Source: Octopus vulgaris (lineage: Eukaryota). Taken from it: a stretch of 64,000 nt of DNA. A program made the translations under genes and the position numbers. Location of the stretch: positions 21,018,001 through 21,082,000 of the forward strand of contig OX597833.1 of the NCBI GenBank assembly GCA_951406725.2, in the 5' to 3' direction. The notes under the pieces are model-generated. The model did no database searches. It was not told where the DNA came from and saw only the letters and a program-made list of their open reading frames with translations. Below, piece after piece: positions 26,149-41,320 of this stretch; within the stretch, counting starts at the first letter, position 1, and every line of letters starts with the position of its first letter.

Positions 26149-27263
26149 GCATAACCATATGTACCTGCCTTAGGGTCCCGCTATCCAGACTATCTATAGG
26201 GGTTTACTCCTTGATTTCTTTCTAAATGCTCAATAGATTACACCCCCACAAGGTAACAGGAGATTATTTTTGTAGTGGGTATGGTTTTTGTGCTGAGCCA
26301 GTCCCAGTCTCCCATCCTATGTTTGGGTCTGGTGCAACAAGTGCTACAAGCCCAACAGTTATCAGGAAATAGGGTTTGTATGGAGTTACCTTCTCTTTGA
26401 TGAGCAGCTAAAGTGCCGAAGTGTCTCAACTGCCCTGGGTTCATTTAGGTGTGAGTGACATTCTCAAGGCAATTCAGTGATATGCTAATTAACTTACAGC
26501 TAGGACCCAGATAGAGGCTACTAATCTAGGTCAGAGTAGACCTGAACAACAGCGGTCAGTTAGTGGTTTCTCATGGCTCAAAGCTCTAGAACAACCAAAT
26601 CAGGACCCTGCTAGTGGATACAGTTTTAAGTCATAATGTCCTGATCCTCTCTTTATAAATACTTGTCTGGTCATGGAAAGACTTAGTTCAATGACTAATA
26701 TTGTTTTATCATTTGAAGAAATATGGGAGGCAACTCCATACGTGTTTTAGTCTTATTAGACTTCCTCAGTGAAAGAGACTTCAGTGCACTTGTCAAAATA
26801 GTGATGAAATAATCACTCTATAGATGTATAATATTAGATCTTCCCTTGAAAATCTTCAAACCCAACATCATACTGTTTCTTTATCCTATATGTTCCACCC
26901 TCATTACAGCTCTTCTTCTCATCTTAATGGATGCTTTTGAAATTACCCACTCTCCCTGAGATTTTGTTATTTCTCTCCCTAGGCTATATAGGTTCAAAGG
27001 CTGCAACATGCTCCAGTAACTGCTTTGGCATGATTTCTATGGCTAGATGCCCTTTCTAATGTCTACCACTATAGACAACATACTGGTTGTTTTCTTTTTT
27101 TTTTTTTTTGCATGCCATAAGCATTAGTGAAATAACCATGCAGCTCAAAAGACTATGAACCCCAAGAGATGAGGACCAGCTTTACTTTATGAATAAATAT
27201 CTGAGATCAGATTTTATAAATGAGAAAATAAAGAACAACTTGAACAGGTAACCATTAACTTAC

Positions 27264-27449
27264 GCTATTGTTGAACAATATTTGCTTTGTGTTGCTTTTA
27301 ACATAACAAGACAAGATGGTTGTACTCTCATCATCAAGGAAGTTATTGAGGCTTTCACTCTGGTACAAGACATTGTTATCTTTCGGCTGGACATTGAAAT
27401 GATTAACTACAGATGTCAGTATAAATTCTTTACGGGAATCTCCAGCCAT
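27264..27449 (-). CDS. DYNC2H1: cytoplasmic dynein 2 heavy chain 1, first coding exon
   Basis: MAGDSRKEFILTSVVNHFN...SLNNFLDDESTTILS resembles the human N-terminus DVRKLFIFTTTQNYFG...EINNFLDDGNQMLL (recalled); GTAAGT donor, phase 0; a polypyrimidine-TAG acceptor 5 nt before the ATG implies an upstream non-coding exon. Confidence 0.9.
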
Positions 27450-29153
27450 GTTTTCTATTTAAGAAGAAAAACAAGAAGAAAGAAAAGAAGAAATATAAGA
27501 AAAGCAATTCAGTTTATATTATTATTGTTGAGAATAAGAGAGCAAACTAGCTTTCCTTTCGTAAGTCCTAAGTTACTAAAGTAGTTGAAAAAAAAACTGG
27601 GACTGTATACCATATATGATGCATGGACGTCATGGAAATGTCCTGTATATTACAGGTGACACACGGGGTAAGCAAAGGGACTGGTATTTCATTTTATTGA
27701 GACCCAAAAGAATGAAAAGCAAAGTTGTCCTCGGCAGGACTCGACCTTACAACATAAACGTCTACAATATGTGATGTCTGGCGCTCTAATGATTCTAACA
27801 AACGACCATCTCTAAAATTAAACAATCCTGGTACCTATTTCACCGAACCGATGAAACATAGAAGACAAAGTGGACTTGCGCGACTCGAACTCTGAACGAA
27901 AAGGGACGCAACTAAATATTTATCGCAAGGCACTTTGTCCAACCTCAACTGATTCTGCTAAGCCATCGGAATGGTGATGCAACTTTGTTTCAGAGAAAAA
28001 CGTTAAGTCGACAAAAAAGCAAATGGAAATGCAATATTAATAAAAACTGGGGAATAACCGATTTAGATCAATGAATATCTCATGTCTAGAACGACATTAA
28101 AGAAAAAGAAAATAACAAATCTGTTTATTGTCCATGAACAAGTTATAAAATTTTATACAGTCAGTCACCTCATACATTTATATAAAATAAAAATAAAACT
28201 TCAACCGACGGTATTATAATCATTAGATCTTACGGTGCAATATACACATGAATAACTATAGTATAAAACGAAGGAAAAAATTACTTTCTACGATTTTTTT
28301 ATATTCCTTTAACTTCTAAATTTTGTTTTCCATTTCACACAAAAAGACTTCATATACTGTAAAATTATTCAACACTATCGTAAGAATGTTATTTTGAATT
28401 TCACTGTGTCAGAGTAAAATTAATGAAAGAGGTTAAGTTCGGCTAGCACTGAAAGTGCTTGGTTGTTAAAGTTAAATGAATAACTTTAATTATTTGCAAT
28501 ATATAACTTTAAAACAACTGTTAATCTAGTTACGAAAAGTTGTAATTTGTCAGTTAATTTCTAACTTTAACGATTACCCAAACAAGTAATTTAGTCACAA
28601 ATAATATATATATATATATATATATATCTTTAGGAACGTTGGGTCTTGAAATATATACGCTATAAATAATAGCTTAGCTACTTCAAGATGCAACGTTCCA
28701 AAAAAAGAATTACCATTTCATGTTCTCTTGAACTTTATAAATTCTCAAGTACAAGGCAGACGTAAAAGTAAAATTCTTAAGACATCAACAATATTCATGC
28801 ATCTATATGATGCTGTATGTATGTATATATATATAAAATAAAAAAATAATAATGAAATTATTGTATACAGTGCTCAGGTGCACCACAACGTATTATTATT
28901 ATTATATATATATATTTATCTTGGCTACAGAATAATTGTCACATATTATTTTTACAGATATATATATATATAATGAGTGGATTTTATTTTTCACTCATTT
29001 AGATGTTGCAAATGTTCTTTGTAGCCGTTGCTAATTGACGATATCAAAGCAGTTAACGAAACACTTGTTACACTCTTGCTTGACACAACACGGCAATAAT
29101 TAAACGACATTTGAATGAGGTAAACTGTGTCGTTTCCCCAAACACCGTCATTA

Positions 29154-29167
29154 GTTCCCATAACAAC
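29154..29167. promoter_or_regulatory. candidate RFX X-box
   Basis: GTTCCCATAACAAC fits GTHNYY-AT-RRNAAC; lies in repeat-poor DNA upstream of a ciliary gene. Confidence 0.6.
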
Positions 29168-29583
29168 ATAACATTGATAGACGTCGCAAAAGAAAATTAA
29201 CGAACAAACAGTCTACTTCAGCAAAATTTTCGATTATATTCAATAACTTGCTTGGGAGAAAAATGATAAATATGTCACAATAAAATATTTAAAAAATTAC
29301 CTTTGAAAAAAGAATATCGGATAACATTAAGGAAACTCGGCGCCCAACTTATCTAAAGTTTATCCAGTGGGCGGTGTAAGTGAAGACGAGAATAGATTTT
29401 ACAACTTTATTATTATTTTTGAAAAGAAAATGCTGATTGATTACAATCATGAAAAATACTTCAGACACAAATCATTAATCGTTATTATATACCTTAACTA
29501 TTTTCAATAAATAAAATCAGAAAACTTGTGGAATATGTTGATAAGTATTGAAAGAAATGTCGGAAATTTTTTATTAAGATATC

Positions 29584-29596
29584 ATTGTCATGAAAC
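29584..29596. promoter_or_regulatory. weaker X-box-like site near a reverse CCAAT (ATTGG at ~29626)
   Basis: ATTGTCATGAAAC (reverse complement GTTTCATGACAAT). Confidence 0.3.
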
Positions 29597-29866
29597 ACCG
29601 AAAAACAAGCTAAAAGCTGGAGATTGATTGGTTGACTGTTGTCACGCTCTTGCTTCCATGGTGTTTGGTGTTAGTAAACAGTCGAAGCATTCGCTCTCTC
29701 TCTATCTATCAATCTCTATCTCTCTCTCTCTTTCTTCCTCTCTCTCTATCTCTTTCTTTAACCTCTTCTTTTTTCTCTCTCTGTAATCTGCTCCTGTAAG
29801 TCTACATCATTGCTCGTTGCCTTCGATTTATGCCCGTACATGAAATACACACACACACAATATATA

Positions 29867-30901
29867 CTAGACTACCCGTGACCTATCGGGTCACCGGGAA
29901 ACACTAAGTTTCCCAGCAAGAGAGCTTTGCTTCGTGGGTTGAAAAGATTTGGCTACTATTTCTTGCACGCCCTGCTACCACGTAACAGGTATTTCGGGTC
30001 CTTTATCGCAAATAGCTGTTACGTGGTAGCATGGTTTGCTAGAAATAGCAGCCAAATCATTGGAGGGGAGATACGTTGAATCACTCGAGAGGTTACGAGC
30101 GGTTCTTTTACGAAATATCTACCGTATTTTTAAAGTCATTTGGGATATTTTTTTTAAATGTGCCATTTTGCTTTTTTGTAATGGTATTCACTTGAAAATA
30201 ATTTTAAAAGGTATTAAAATATTGCCTATTTAAAAAAGCTAATACACACATACTTACCGTACAAACAGCTTACATTTTTGAAGTCTCATTCACTTAAAAA
30301 CATTTGTAAATGATAAAAATATTTTGTTTAACAAAAGCGAAAATAGAAATTGCAAAGAAAAAGAAGTCTTCCAGGATGAAGATTATTTTTGGAACATTTT
30401 CCCATTATGCACCGTATGGGGTATTTATTACCCTGAAAATCTTTAACATCTTCAAAACTACTTTACCGATTTACGCGAAACATGTTTCATTCGATTCTGT
30501 AGAGACCGAAAAGGACCGAGGGGAACATATCTTAAAGGTATCAAGGATATACAACCCGATATGTTCGCATACATCAGTGCTGTCGTCGGCCCCCATTTTT
30601 ACACCAAAAGAGCCCTCGGGGTCGGATTGCTTGACCCAGGTGGACCCTTTATTGAACAGCACTGTTTTCCTGGCGTGCAAAATTACTTCTATATCCCTGT
30701 CGCTAATGCCAATGCAACGCTTGCATTTCAGGAAATTCCTACTAACCTTTTGGAACCCCCTTTGTTGACGTTGAGTAACGAGCTCACTTCCTCCTCATTA
30801 TTCTAGAGAGTCCACTCACTAGAGAGGCCTTTAGCCAACAGGTTTTGGGATCAGATGATACCCTTTATGGATGTGAAACGTAAGGTAATCCCATAAACCG
30901 G

Positions 30902-30957
<56 letters not shown>

Positions 30958-30974
30958 ATATATATATATATAGA
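29867..30974 (-). mobile_element. non-autonomous Helitron-like element
   Basis: Minus strand has 5' A|TCTATATA..., a 3' GC hairpin CCCGGTGACCCGATAGGTCACGGG and then CTAG|T. Confidence 0.65.
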
Positions 30975-30979
30975 TATAA

Positions 30980-33700
30980 ACAGGAAGGTAAGTAACCCTG
31001 CTTTTTTTTTTTTTTTGGTCTCAACCCTTTCGAGCCGTCATGGCGATTGTCAGGGTGGGCTGCAGAAATGTTCGTGGCCTGAGGTCACCCTTGAAGCAAG
31101 GTCGCTTGCTCAATGACCTCAGGTCGCTAGGTTTCGATGTGATAGCAACCAGTGAGACCAGAATTTCCGACACACGTGATCTTGCACCCACTTTAGGCGA
31201 TTATGAGATCTACGCATCTCTTATTCGGCCCAGAATGGGACGCGAGGTGGAAGTGCTGTTTAGGAAAGGCCTGGATCTCGAAGTCCGTACGATCTTCCTG
31301 GACCCGAAGGGTAAGTTGGTGGTCCTGGAAATTAACGCCAGAGAAGGTAGTGCCTTTAGACTAGTCGCTGTTTACGCCCTCACGGAGGCAGGGCAACCAG
31401 GTTTCTTCAGACGTTTGGAAGTTTTTCCATGGGACGTCACGCTCTTTAATGTTAGTGGGTGACTGGAACCTTATTTTGGACGCATGCCTAAATAGGGCGG
31501 GACTAGTTGATAGGAGAAGAGGAAGTAAAATCCTCACAAACCTGCTCAACCGCTTTCAGTTGACTGACTGGCTTTCCTGAATGCGCCAATATGAACATGG
31601 GCGAACTGCATCGAGTCTTCCAGGTCGCATCTAGATAGAATATTTTGTAGGCCAGTAGATAAAAGTAGTATAAGGTGTCCACGTTTCAAAGACGTCGGTT
31701 ACACGGACCATAAATTTGTGATCTGTACGGTCCACATAAATAGGATCCATGGACAGGGACCCTGATACTGGAAGCTGAACGCGTCCTTCCCAGCGCACTA
31801 AGCTTTCAGAGACCGGATTAGCAAGTTAGTCCATCGAGTGTTGGCGGGCACAATCAACAGCCGTTGTTGAATAGCCTTGGAAAGGGCTATTAGAGTAGAG
31901 GCAGTAGGTTTTAGTAAGGAAATAGTGTTAGAGGAATCTAGGTAGCCTAGTTAGGAAGTTTGAAGAGGTACTTAGGAAGTCACAGCGACCGACGTGGTGG
32001 TGGCGAGATTATCTTTTGATCAATTCTTCAATGTCAAGCACGAACGTTTCGTTGTCAGAGCTAGGGCGCGTGCACTGAGGCGGAAGGTGGATGTTTTGAG
32101 GGGAATACCGCGTGATCTAGGATGCGGAAGGTTCGTGTCGACTTACACGAACGACGTCACCGTAATAGTGTCGGACATCTCGGAAATCGAGTTGGTCGGC
32201 ACGGCTCTAAGGGAGTACGAAGCTGTGACAGGAGCAAATATCAACCAGGAGAAGTCGGTGGGTCAGCAGCTCGGCACCTGGAGAAGCAGGACAAGGCCAA
32301 CCGACAGCCTGATAGGCCGCAGGACGGAAGGACTGATTAAATTGCTCGGGGTCTGGTTTGGTCTAAACCTTCACGAGAACAAGAACTGAAAGGGTGGGGT
32401 GCGAGCAGGGCAGCCAATCTCGCCCAGAAATGGGCAGAGAGGAAGCTGTCCCTGAATGGTCATCTACTATCGCATAACCGTCATCGCTTGCCCCACTTCG
32501 TGCCTGATAAAGTTGGATCGCTTGTTCTTCCACTCCCTATAGAAGGGACGTGTTCCGCTCATCAGACGGTCCATCTGCTGTCAACAGCCGCTGAGCGGAG
32601 GATTGGGTATGCAGTGGCTAATGATGCGCAGATACGCGCTGAGGTTGCAATATCTCCAGCGTTTCCTTAACGGTGGTCGCCGTTCATCAAAAGGGACTTC
32701 CCGCAGCTTGTTTCAATAATGGAACCACAGTCCTGGGTCAAGCGCAGACCAAGAAAGGGTGCTTAGCACCAGGACTCGGAGTGTTGGCAAGCGCTCACTG
32801 CCTTCTGTTAGTCGGGCAACGCAGTCGGTAGAAGTTCCACCATGGAGTCCTATAGAGGATTAGTGGAGGGAGAGAGCGATGACGTACTCGAGGAAACTCT
32901 GGGCGTCGACAGGGATCAACTAATTTGCCTTTTCCGGAGGACTGTTGGGCCAGAGCCTGTGGATAACTTCAAGAAATCCCTGGCCTGGAAGTACAACCGG
33001 GGAGCTCTGCTGATTCGAGACAAGTTCTACAGACACAGAAGTGTTGTTAGACGGACCTGTCCGAGGTGTGCGCAAGGTGATGAAACCGTCCGGCATGCAT
33101 TCGTCCAGTGTCCGTGCATTACTGACCTGTGGAGCTTTGTCGAACAGCTGTTGTCACGTGTAGGACGGATCCGGTTATCAGCCGAGTCCATTGTGAGGAA
33201 CACCCCTCCGCCTTATTTTGGCCGGGAAGGGAAAGGCAGTTTTCTTCTGCAGTGTGATGGACGAGGTTGAAAGGACTGAAGACAGACACTTTTCTCTTCT
33301 CATTGACTTTTACAAGTTCCACTTGAAAAGGAAAGTGAGGGTTGAGAGAGAAGTACTGCCGCCACCCCATTAAGTTTGTTGAAAGTTGGGTGAATGTTGC
33401 GAAAATGGCTCGTGTGAATGGGCCTACTCTGAATTTTCGTCTGTAAGCCGGAGCAGTTGAGGGGAAAAGAGATGTCTACCTGGCGTGCCCTTGGCGGTCG
33501 GGGTGACCATGATGTGCTGGGTACCCTGGTTGGCTCTGGGTGGAACTGCCCACTATTGGGGAATTTTGTTGTTTTGATTTTTTATGTTAACTGTTTTAGT
33601 TTTTATTGTTTACACGTTTTTCTGTTTTAAACCCCACTTGTCCCTTGTTTTGTATTGCCTCTAATTGTATTTGTGTTTGGCCCTTGTGGCCAATAAAGAA
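30980..33700 (+). mobile_element. L1/Tx1-clade LINE ORF2 remnant, internally deleted
   Basis: APE domain GCRNVRGL...ATSETR; SHLDR/TDH and WKLN motifs; YADD-equivalent TYTND at ~32140; KLLGVWFG; C-terminal CPRCAQGDETVRHAFVQC; AATAAA at ~33692. Confidence 0.88.
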
Positions 33701-33703
33701 AGG

Positions 33704-33766
<63 letters not shown>

Positions 33767-33767
<1 letters not shown>

Positions 33768-33975
33768 GGCAGCAAGTTGGCAGAGTCGTTAGCACGCCGG
33801 GTAAAATGCTTAGCGACATTTCATCCGTCTTCATGCTCTGAGTTCAAATTCCGCCGAGGTCGACTTTGCCTTTCATCCTTTCAGGGTCGATAAATTAAGT
33901 ACCAGCTGAGGACAATGTAATCGACAATCCCGCTTCCCAAAATGTTCAGGCCTTGTGCCTATAGTAGAAAGGATT
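33767..33975 (+). mobile_element. SINE family B, short form with (ATT)n tail
   Basis: GAGTTCAAATTCCGCCGAGGTCGACTTTGCCTTTCATCC core. Confidence 0.8.
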
Positions 33976-34297
33976 ATTATTATTATTATTGTTATTATTA
34001 TTATTATTATTATTAATTTTTTTCTTCTTTCAAATTTGCTTCCATTTCTTGCCGAGTGTCTTCCCGACTCCTAGGGCAAAGAAACTCATAGTATACATTG
34101 GTAGGCCATTAAACCAAACTCAATAGTTCGTTCATTTTTTTTTTTTTTTTTTAAGTTAAATTAAAATACATGAGCAGCAACAGTTCTCACATCGACAATG
34201 CTCTTCTCAATACGTGTGATGTACCAGTTAAGACAATATTTTGCACTTCTTGCAGGGATGGTAAGCCAGGGATCATTCTCATATAATCTTTTTATTA

Positions 34298-34354
<57 letters not shown>

Positions 34355-34490
34355 CATTATTATTATGAAAAACCACAGGTCTTGTAAAATACAGATACTC
34401 GGTGGTTTTCATTATAATAATAGCTTTATTCTCTTGGCTGATCGAGTGGTATTCTACTTGCTGATGCCTTACCATACAACGCGCGCGCGC

Positions 34491-34534
<44 letters not shown>

Positions 34535-35002
34535 ACGCGTGTGTGTGTTTGTATACGCAACTATAAAACTCTCTTTTGCTAAATGTAAAGCTAATATATA
34601 AAATATAAGGCAACGCCTCCTCTCTGATTCACTTTGATTTCCTGGTTCCATCAGCGACATCATTATTAACTTGCAGAAATTATTTCTGTCTTGACCTTTT
34701 GGGTAAGTTGATAGGTCGATATGACTAGTGACTATGATGAGAGACCAGATCAATGGACAATTATAATTACGCTGATCCGGCTAATTTTAATCTAAACGAA
34801 ACGAACATGTCAAGCAGAAAATCGATAATAGCAAACCAAGAAATACTGGGGGTGTTTGAATTTTTGGTGTTCGAAATTAGGTACCTATTCACATCGTGAA
34901 AATGTAGATTTGCTTTCGAGAAGTGGGTGAGTCTCAAAGCTAATTCAGTTTCTACACACATACACACACACAAACACACACATTCAGTTATCACACACAC
35001 AC

Positions 35003-36435
<1,433 letters not shown>

Positions 36436-37147
36436 GGGAAGCCTTGTGCCTATAGTAGAAAGGATTATTGTTTCTGAATCTATTCTGACCCAGAATAGTA
36501 GCACTGTTCAGGGTTCCCGATATGGGAATTTGCATGTCACGGAGCTTTCACTTACAGACACCCGAATGGGTTCAGTGGAGATGAGGGCTTTCAGCTCTTT
36601 AGCTGCTCGTCTAAGGGAAGGTAACTTCATTAAAATCCTGCATCCTGATATCTACTGTGTTCATAACACTTGTTGCACCAGACCAATACAACTTCAAGGA
36701 GAAGAGAGTGGGACTGATTCCGTACAAACTATGCCTACTGTACTAATAAACTCCTGAAAAGGCGGCGAATTGGCAGAGTCGTTAGCACACAGGGCAAAAT
36801 GCTTAGTGTCATTTCGTCCACCTTTACATTCTGAGTTCATCTTCTGCCAAGGTTGACCTTTGTCTTTCGTCCTTTCGGGATCGATAAGATAAGTACCAGT
36901 TGAGCACTGAAATCGATGTAATCGATTTACCCGCTGTCCCGAGTTTGCTGGCCTTGTGCAAAAATTTAAAACCAATAATAAACCCATGCTGCCTTTTGGA
37001 GTAATTTATTGAGCGCTTATAAAAAAAAGATTAATGAAGTAACCCCCTACAGAAAATACGGAAAGAGGAACCCTAAGGTAGATATGTATGGTCATCTTTT
37101 TCTTTCTTTCTTTTGCGCTCTTTTCAAGCCTAGCCAGGCTCATGATG

Positions 37148-37430
37148 CGATCAACGGAACAGCTTGCTCGTGAAATTAACGTGCAAGTGACTGAGCAATC
37201 CACAGACACGTGTACCCTTAACGTAGTTCTCAGGGAGATTCAGTGTGGTACAGAATCTGACAAGGCCGGCCCTTTGAAATACAGGTACAACTCATTTTTG
37301 CCAGCCGAGTGGACTGAAGCAATATGAAATAAAGTGTCTTGCTCAAAGACACAATGCGTCGCCGGGAATTGAACTCACGACCTTACAATCGTGAGCCGAA
37401 TGCCCTAACCACTAAACCATGCGCCTTCAC
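37148..37430 (-). mobile_element. tRNA-derived SINE family D
   Basis: GTGAAGGCGCATGG head, GAGTTCAATTCCC B box; tail shared with family C. Confidence 0.8.
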
Positions 37431-37977
37431 TTGGTTAAGTTACTGTTTTTGCAATACGGTCGACCAACGACAAAAGCAAAGCCAACCAAATCAAATTAGA
37501 TTTAAAAATAGGCAAACCGAAAATTAAAAATAACAAGACTACAAAAATCAAGAAGAAGTACACACAGAATACATTTGGCTGATGTTCAGTATAAGATGGA
37601 AAAAAGATGAGGTGTGTAAACGTGTCAAGCACAATCCTTCATCAGAAATAGGAAAGATGAAAGGTTCGGAGAGAAAGAAAAAAGTCCCAAGAAAATCATC
37701 TTGGATGGATAAACGGTCGAAGGCTACTTCGTGTCCCACAAAAATAGCTTTCAAAGCATTTTCCATCCAAGTATTTTTTTAACGCAGTATATAACAAAAT
37801 ATTCATAACTATATCCGCTTTGAGACTCTCTTTTCAAAAGATATTTTTAGATAAGTTAATCTTCTTCATGTGATTTGTTGTTTATCCCGAGGCCAATCCT
37901 AAATCAAATGATCAAATGTATTCCAGTGGCGACCATAACGTCAGACATCAGTTTTTAATATATCTATTTCTAGGTAC

Positions 37978-38285
37978 GTGGAGGCACGTTGTCTAGTGGT
38001 TAGAGCAGCGAATTCGCGGTCTAGGGATCGCGGGTTCGAATCTCAGATCGGGCGATGTGTGTGTTTATGATCGAAACACCTAAGCTCCACGCGGCTCCGG
38101 CAGAAGGTAATGGCGAGCTTCTGCTGACTCTTTGGCCATAACTTTCTCTCACTCCTTCCTCCTGCATCTTGCAGCTCACCTGCGACGGACCGGCGTCCCG
38201 TCCAGGTGGGGAACCCATACGCCAAGGGAACCAGGAAACTGGCCCTTATGAGCCATGCGTGGCTCGTGAAGGAACAAACAACAAA
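37978..38285 (+). mobile_element. SINE family C2
   Basis: B box GGTTCGAATCTC; V-domain-like CCTGCGACGGACCGGCGTCCCGTCCAGG. Confidence 0.85.
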
Positions 38286-39169
38286 TTTATAGGTACAGAT
38301 ATACTTGTGTGGTTAAGAAGCTCGCTTTGCAACCATGCCGTTTCAGGTTCAATTCAACCGCGTGACACCTTTGGTGTCTTCTACTATAGCCTCCGGTCGA
38401 CCAATGATTTATGAGTGAGTTTTAGTAGACGGAAACTGCGCGGAAACCCGTTGTACATAGACAGATAAATAGATAGCTGTTTATGTGCTTGTGTTTGTCA
38501 CTCCCACCACCGGGGTTGTTTTGTTTGCGTCCTCGTAAGTTAGAGATTCGGCAAGAGAAATCGATAGAACAAGTACTTGGCGTAAAAAATAATAATAAAA
38601 AAAAAAATAATCATTTCTTTATTGTCCACAAGGGGTTACACATAGAGGGGACAAACAAGGACAGACAAAGGGATTAAGTCGATTACATCGACCCCAGTGT
38701 GTAACTGGTACTTATTTAATCGACCCGAAAGGATGAAAGGTAAAGTCGACCTCGGCGGAATTTGAACTCAGAACGGGAAATAAAGACATAAGTACTGGGG
38801 TCGATTTGTCCGACTAAAACCCTTCAAAGCGATGCCCTAGCATGGCCGCAGTCCAACGGCAGAAACAAAGAAAAGAATATAACGTCGTTGATTTGAAAGC
38901 GATCCAGTTGTTATATTGTCAATAACAGTATTAATAGCATCAATGATTTTGTAGTTGGTGGTAGTGAGGCTGTTTTTTAACCTCAAATTAAATCTGCATG
39001 AGCACACATGACGTTACATCCATGCATGACCATCCTGTCTTTTTTTTTTCTAGATTATATTATTCAATGTCTTTTTTTTGTTTTAAGATTGTGAAATGAT
39101 TTAAGAGAGACTTGGTCCCATGCTGCTTGTGTTGTTACCAGTGACGAGGCTGGTATTATTTCTAATTGT

Positions 39170-40430
39170 CATTGGACAGTGAACTGCCAGAATCGTTGGC
39201 ACGCCGAACAAACTGCTTAGCGACGTTTCGTCCGTCTTTATGTTCAGAGTTAAAGTTTTGCCGAGGTCGATTTTGCATTTCACCCTTTCCGAGGTCCATA
39301 AAATAAATACCAGTTGAGTACTGGGGTCGATGTGATTTACTAACCCGCCCTCCTCCCATAAAATTTTAGGCTTTGTGTCTATAGTGGAAACGATTATGGC
39401 TTCATTTTGAGTCAACAAGATGGCAAAATCGTTAGCACGCCGCATAAAATGCTTAGCGACATTTCATCCGCCTATTTGTTCTGAGTTCAAAATTTGCCGA
39501 GGTCGACTTTGCCTTTCATCCTTTTGGGGTCGATAAAATAAATACCAATTAAATACTGGCGTCGATGTAATTGACTAACCCCTCCCCTCAAAAACTGCTG
39601 GTCTTGTGCCAAAATTTGAAAGCATTATTACAAATTCTCATAGGGCGGCGAGCTGGCGGAAACGTTAGCACACCGGACGAAATGCTTAGCGGTATTTCGT
39701 CTGCCGCTACGTTCTGAGTTCAAATTCCGCTGAGGCCGACTTTGCCTTTCATCCTTTCGGAGTCGTTTAAATAAGTACCAGTTACGCACTTGGGTCGATG
39801 TAATCGACTTAATCCGTTTGTCTGTCCTTGTTTGTCCCCTCTGTGTTTAGCCCCTTGTGGACAATAAAGAAATAGGTATTTCGTCTGCCGTTACGTTCGG
39901 AGTTCAAATTCCGTCGAGGTCGACTTTGCCTTTCATCTTTTCGGGGTCGATAAATTAGGTACCAGTTGCGCACTTGGGTCGATGTAATTGACTTAATCTC
40001 TTTGTCTGTCCTTGTTTGTCCCCTCTGTGTTTAGCCCCTTGTGGGTAGTAAAGAAATAGGTATTTCGTCTGCCGTTACGTTCTGAGTTCAAATTCCGTCG
40101 AGGTCGACTTTGCCTTTCATCTTTTCGGGGTCGATAAATTAGGTACCAGTTGCGCACTTGGGTCGATGTAATCGACTTAATCTCTTTGTCTGTCCTTGTT
40201 TATCCCCTCTGTGTTTAGCCCCTTGCGGACAATAAAGAAATAAGAATCGTTAGTACGCCCGAAAACATGCTTAGCGCCATTACTTTCAGCTTCACGTTTT
40301 GAGTTCAAATTCCGCCGAAGTTGACTACTTTTCATGCCTTCAAAATCGATATAATAAGTATCAGTTGAACACTGGGATCGATGTAATCGACTTAACCCTC
40401 CCCTAAAATTTCAGGCTTTGTGCCTATAGT
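39170..40430 (+). mobile_element. cluster of family B SINEs including a trimer (39643-40245) nested in another copy
   Basis: Head-less ~190-bp bodies repeated through AAGAAATAGGTATTTCGTC junctions. Confidence 0.85.
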
Positions 40431-41320
40431 GATTCTTAGCTCGTGTGGGTGTTGTTGCTCTTGTTTTCGCGAATGTTGTTTAACCACAGATCAATCTTAA
40501 TTGAGCAGACCTATAATCAAAGTCGCTCTTTCCACAGCATAATCCAATGCGTCTTTCCTTTTATTTTTCCAAGATATTAGGTGATTCGGGGATGAATGAC
40601 GTTAGGCTGCTATTTCTAGCTGGTCGACGGATCGCATAGACTCGTTTAATGACTTTCCGTTTAACGATAACCCATATGAATTTTTTCTTAAGCCCTACAA
40701 TTCATAAAGTTAGTTACCCGGCTTCCGTAGCCAGTCCGTTGCATGGCTCAAAGCCAGCAGTCTTGGGGAAAGTGACAGTTAATTTCATCGACTCCAGTAC
40801 TCGACTGGTACTTTATTCTATCAACCCTGAAGGGACGAAAGGCAAAGTTGACCTCGGTGGGATTTGAACTCAGAACGTAAACAGTCAGAACTACTACCGC
40901 CAAGCATTTTGTCCGACACACTAATAATTCTGCCAGCTCGCCGCCTTGATAATTATATAATTCACAATAATAATACTTTATTTCTAAATCGTGAAAAAGG
41001 AAACGTAAAGGTTTTCATTTCCATGAAATCTTTTCTGGCTTCTTTTGCATTCACACGACACAGAGTTTCTTATTTCTTTATTGCCCACAATGGGCTAAAC
41101 ATAGAGAGGACAAACAAGGACAAACAAAGGGATTAAGTCGATTAGATCGATCCCAGTGCGTAAATGGTACTTAATTTATCGACCCCGAAAGGATGAAAGG
41201 CAAAGTCGACCTCGGCGGAATTTGAACTCAGAACGTAGCGGCAGACGAAATACCGCTAAGCATTTCACCCGGCGTGCTAACGTTTCTGCCAGTCAACCAA
41301 ATCCACTCACACTTGACCGG

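Noticed and set aside
34161-34295. Minus-strand peptide LYENDPWLTIPARSAKYCLNWYITRIEKSIVDVRTVAAHVF as a terminal exon
   Set aside because: No polypyrimidine acceptor and no recognisable family; RNA-seq would be needed
36540-36650. Short segment with plausible splice sites on both strands
   Set aside because: The peptides are not recognisable and I cannot choose a strand or link it to other exons
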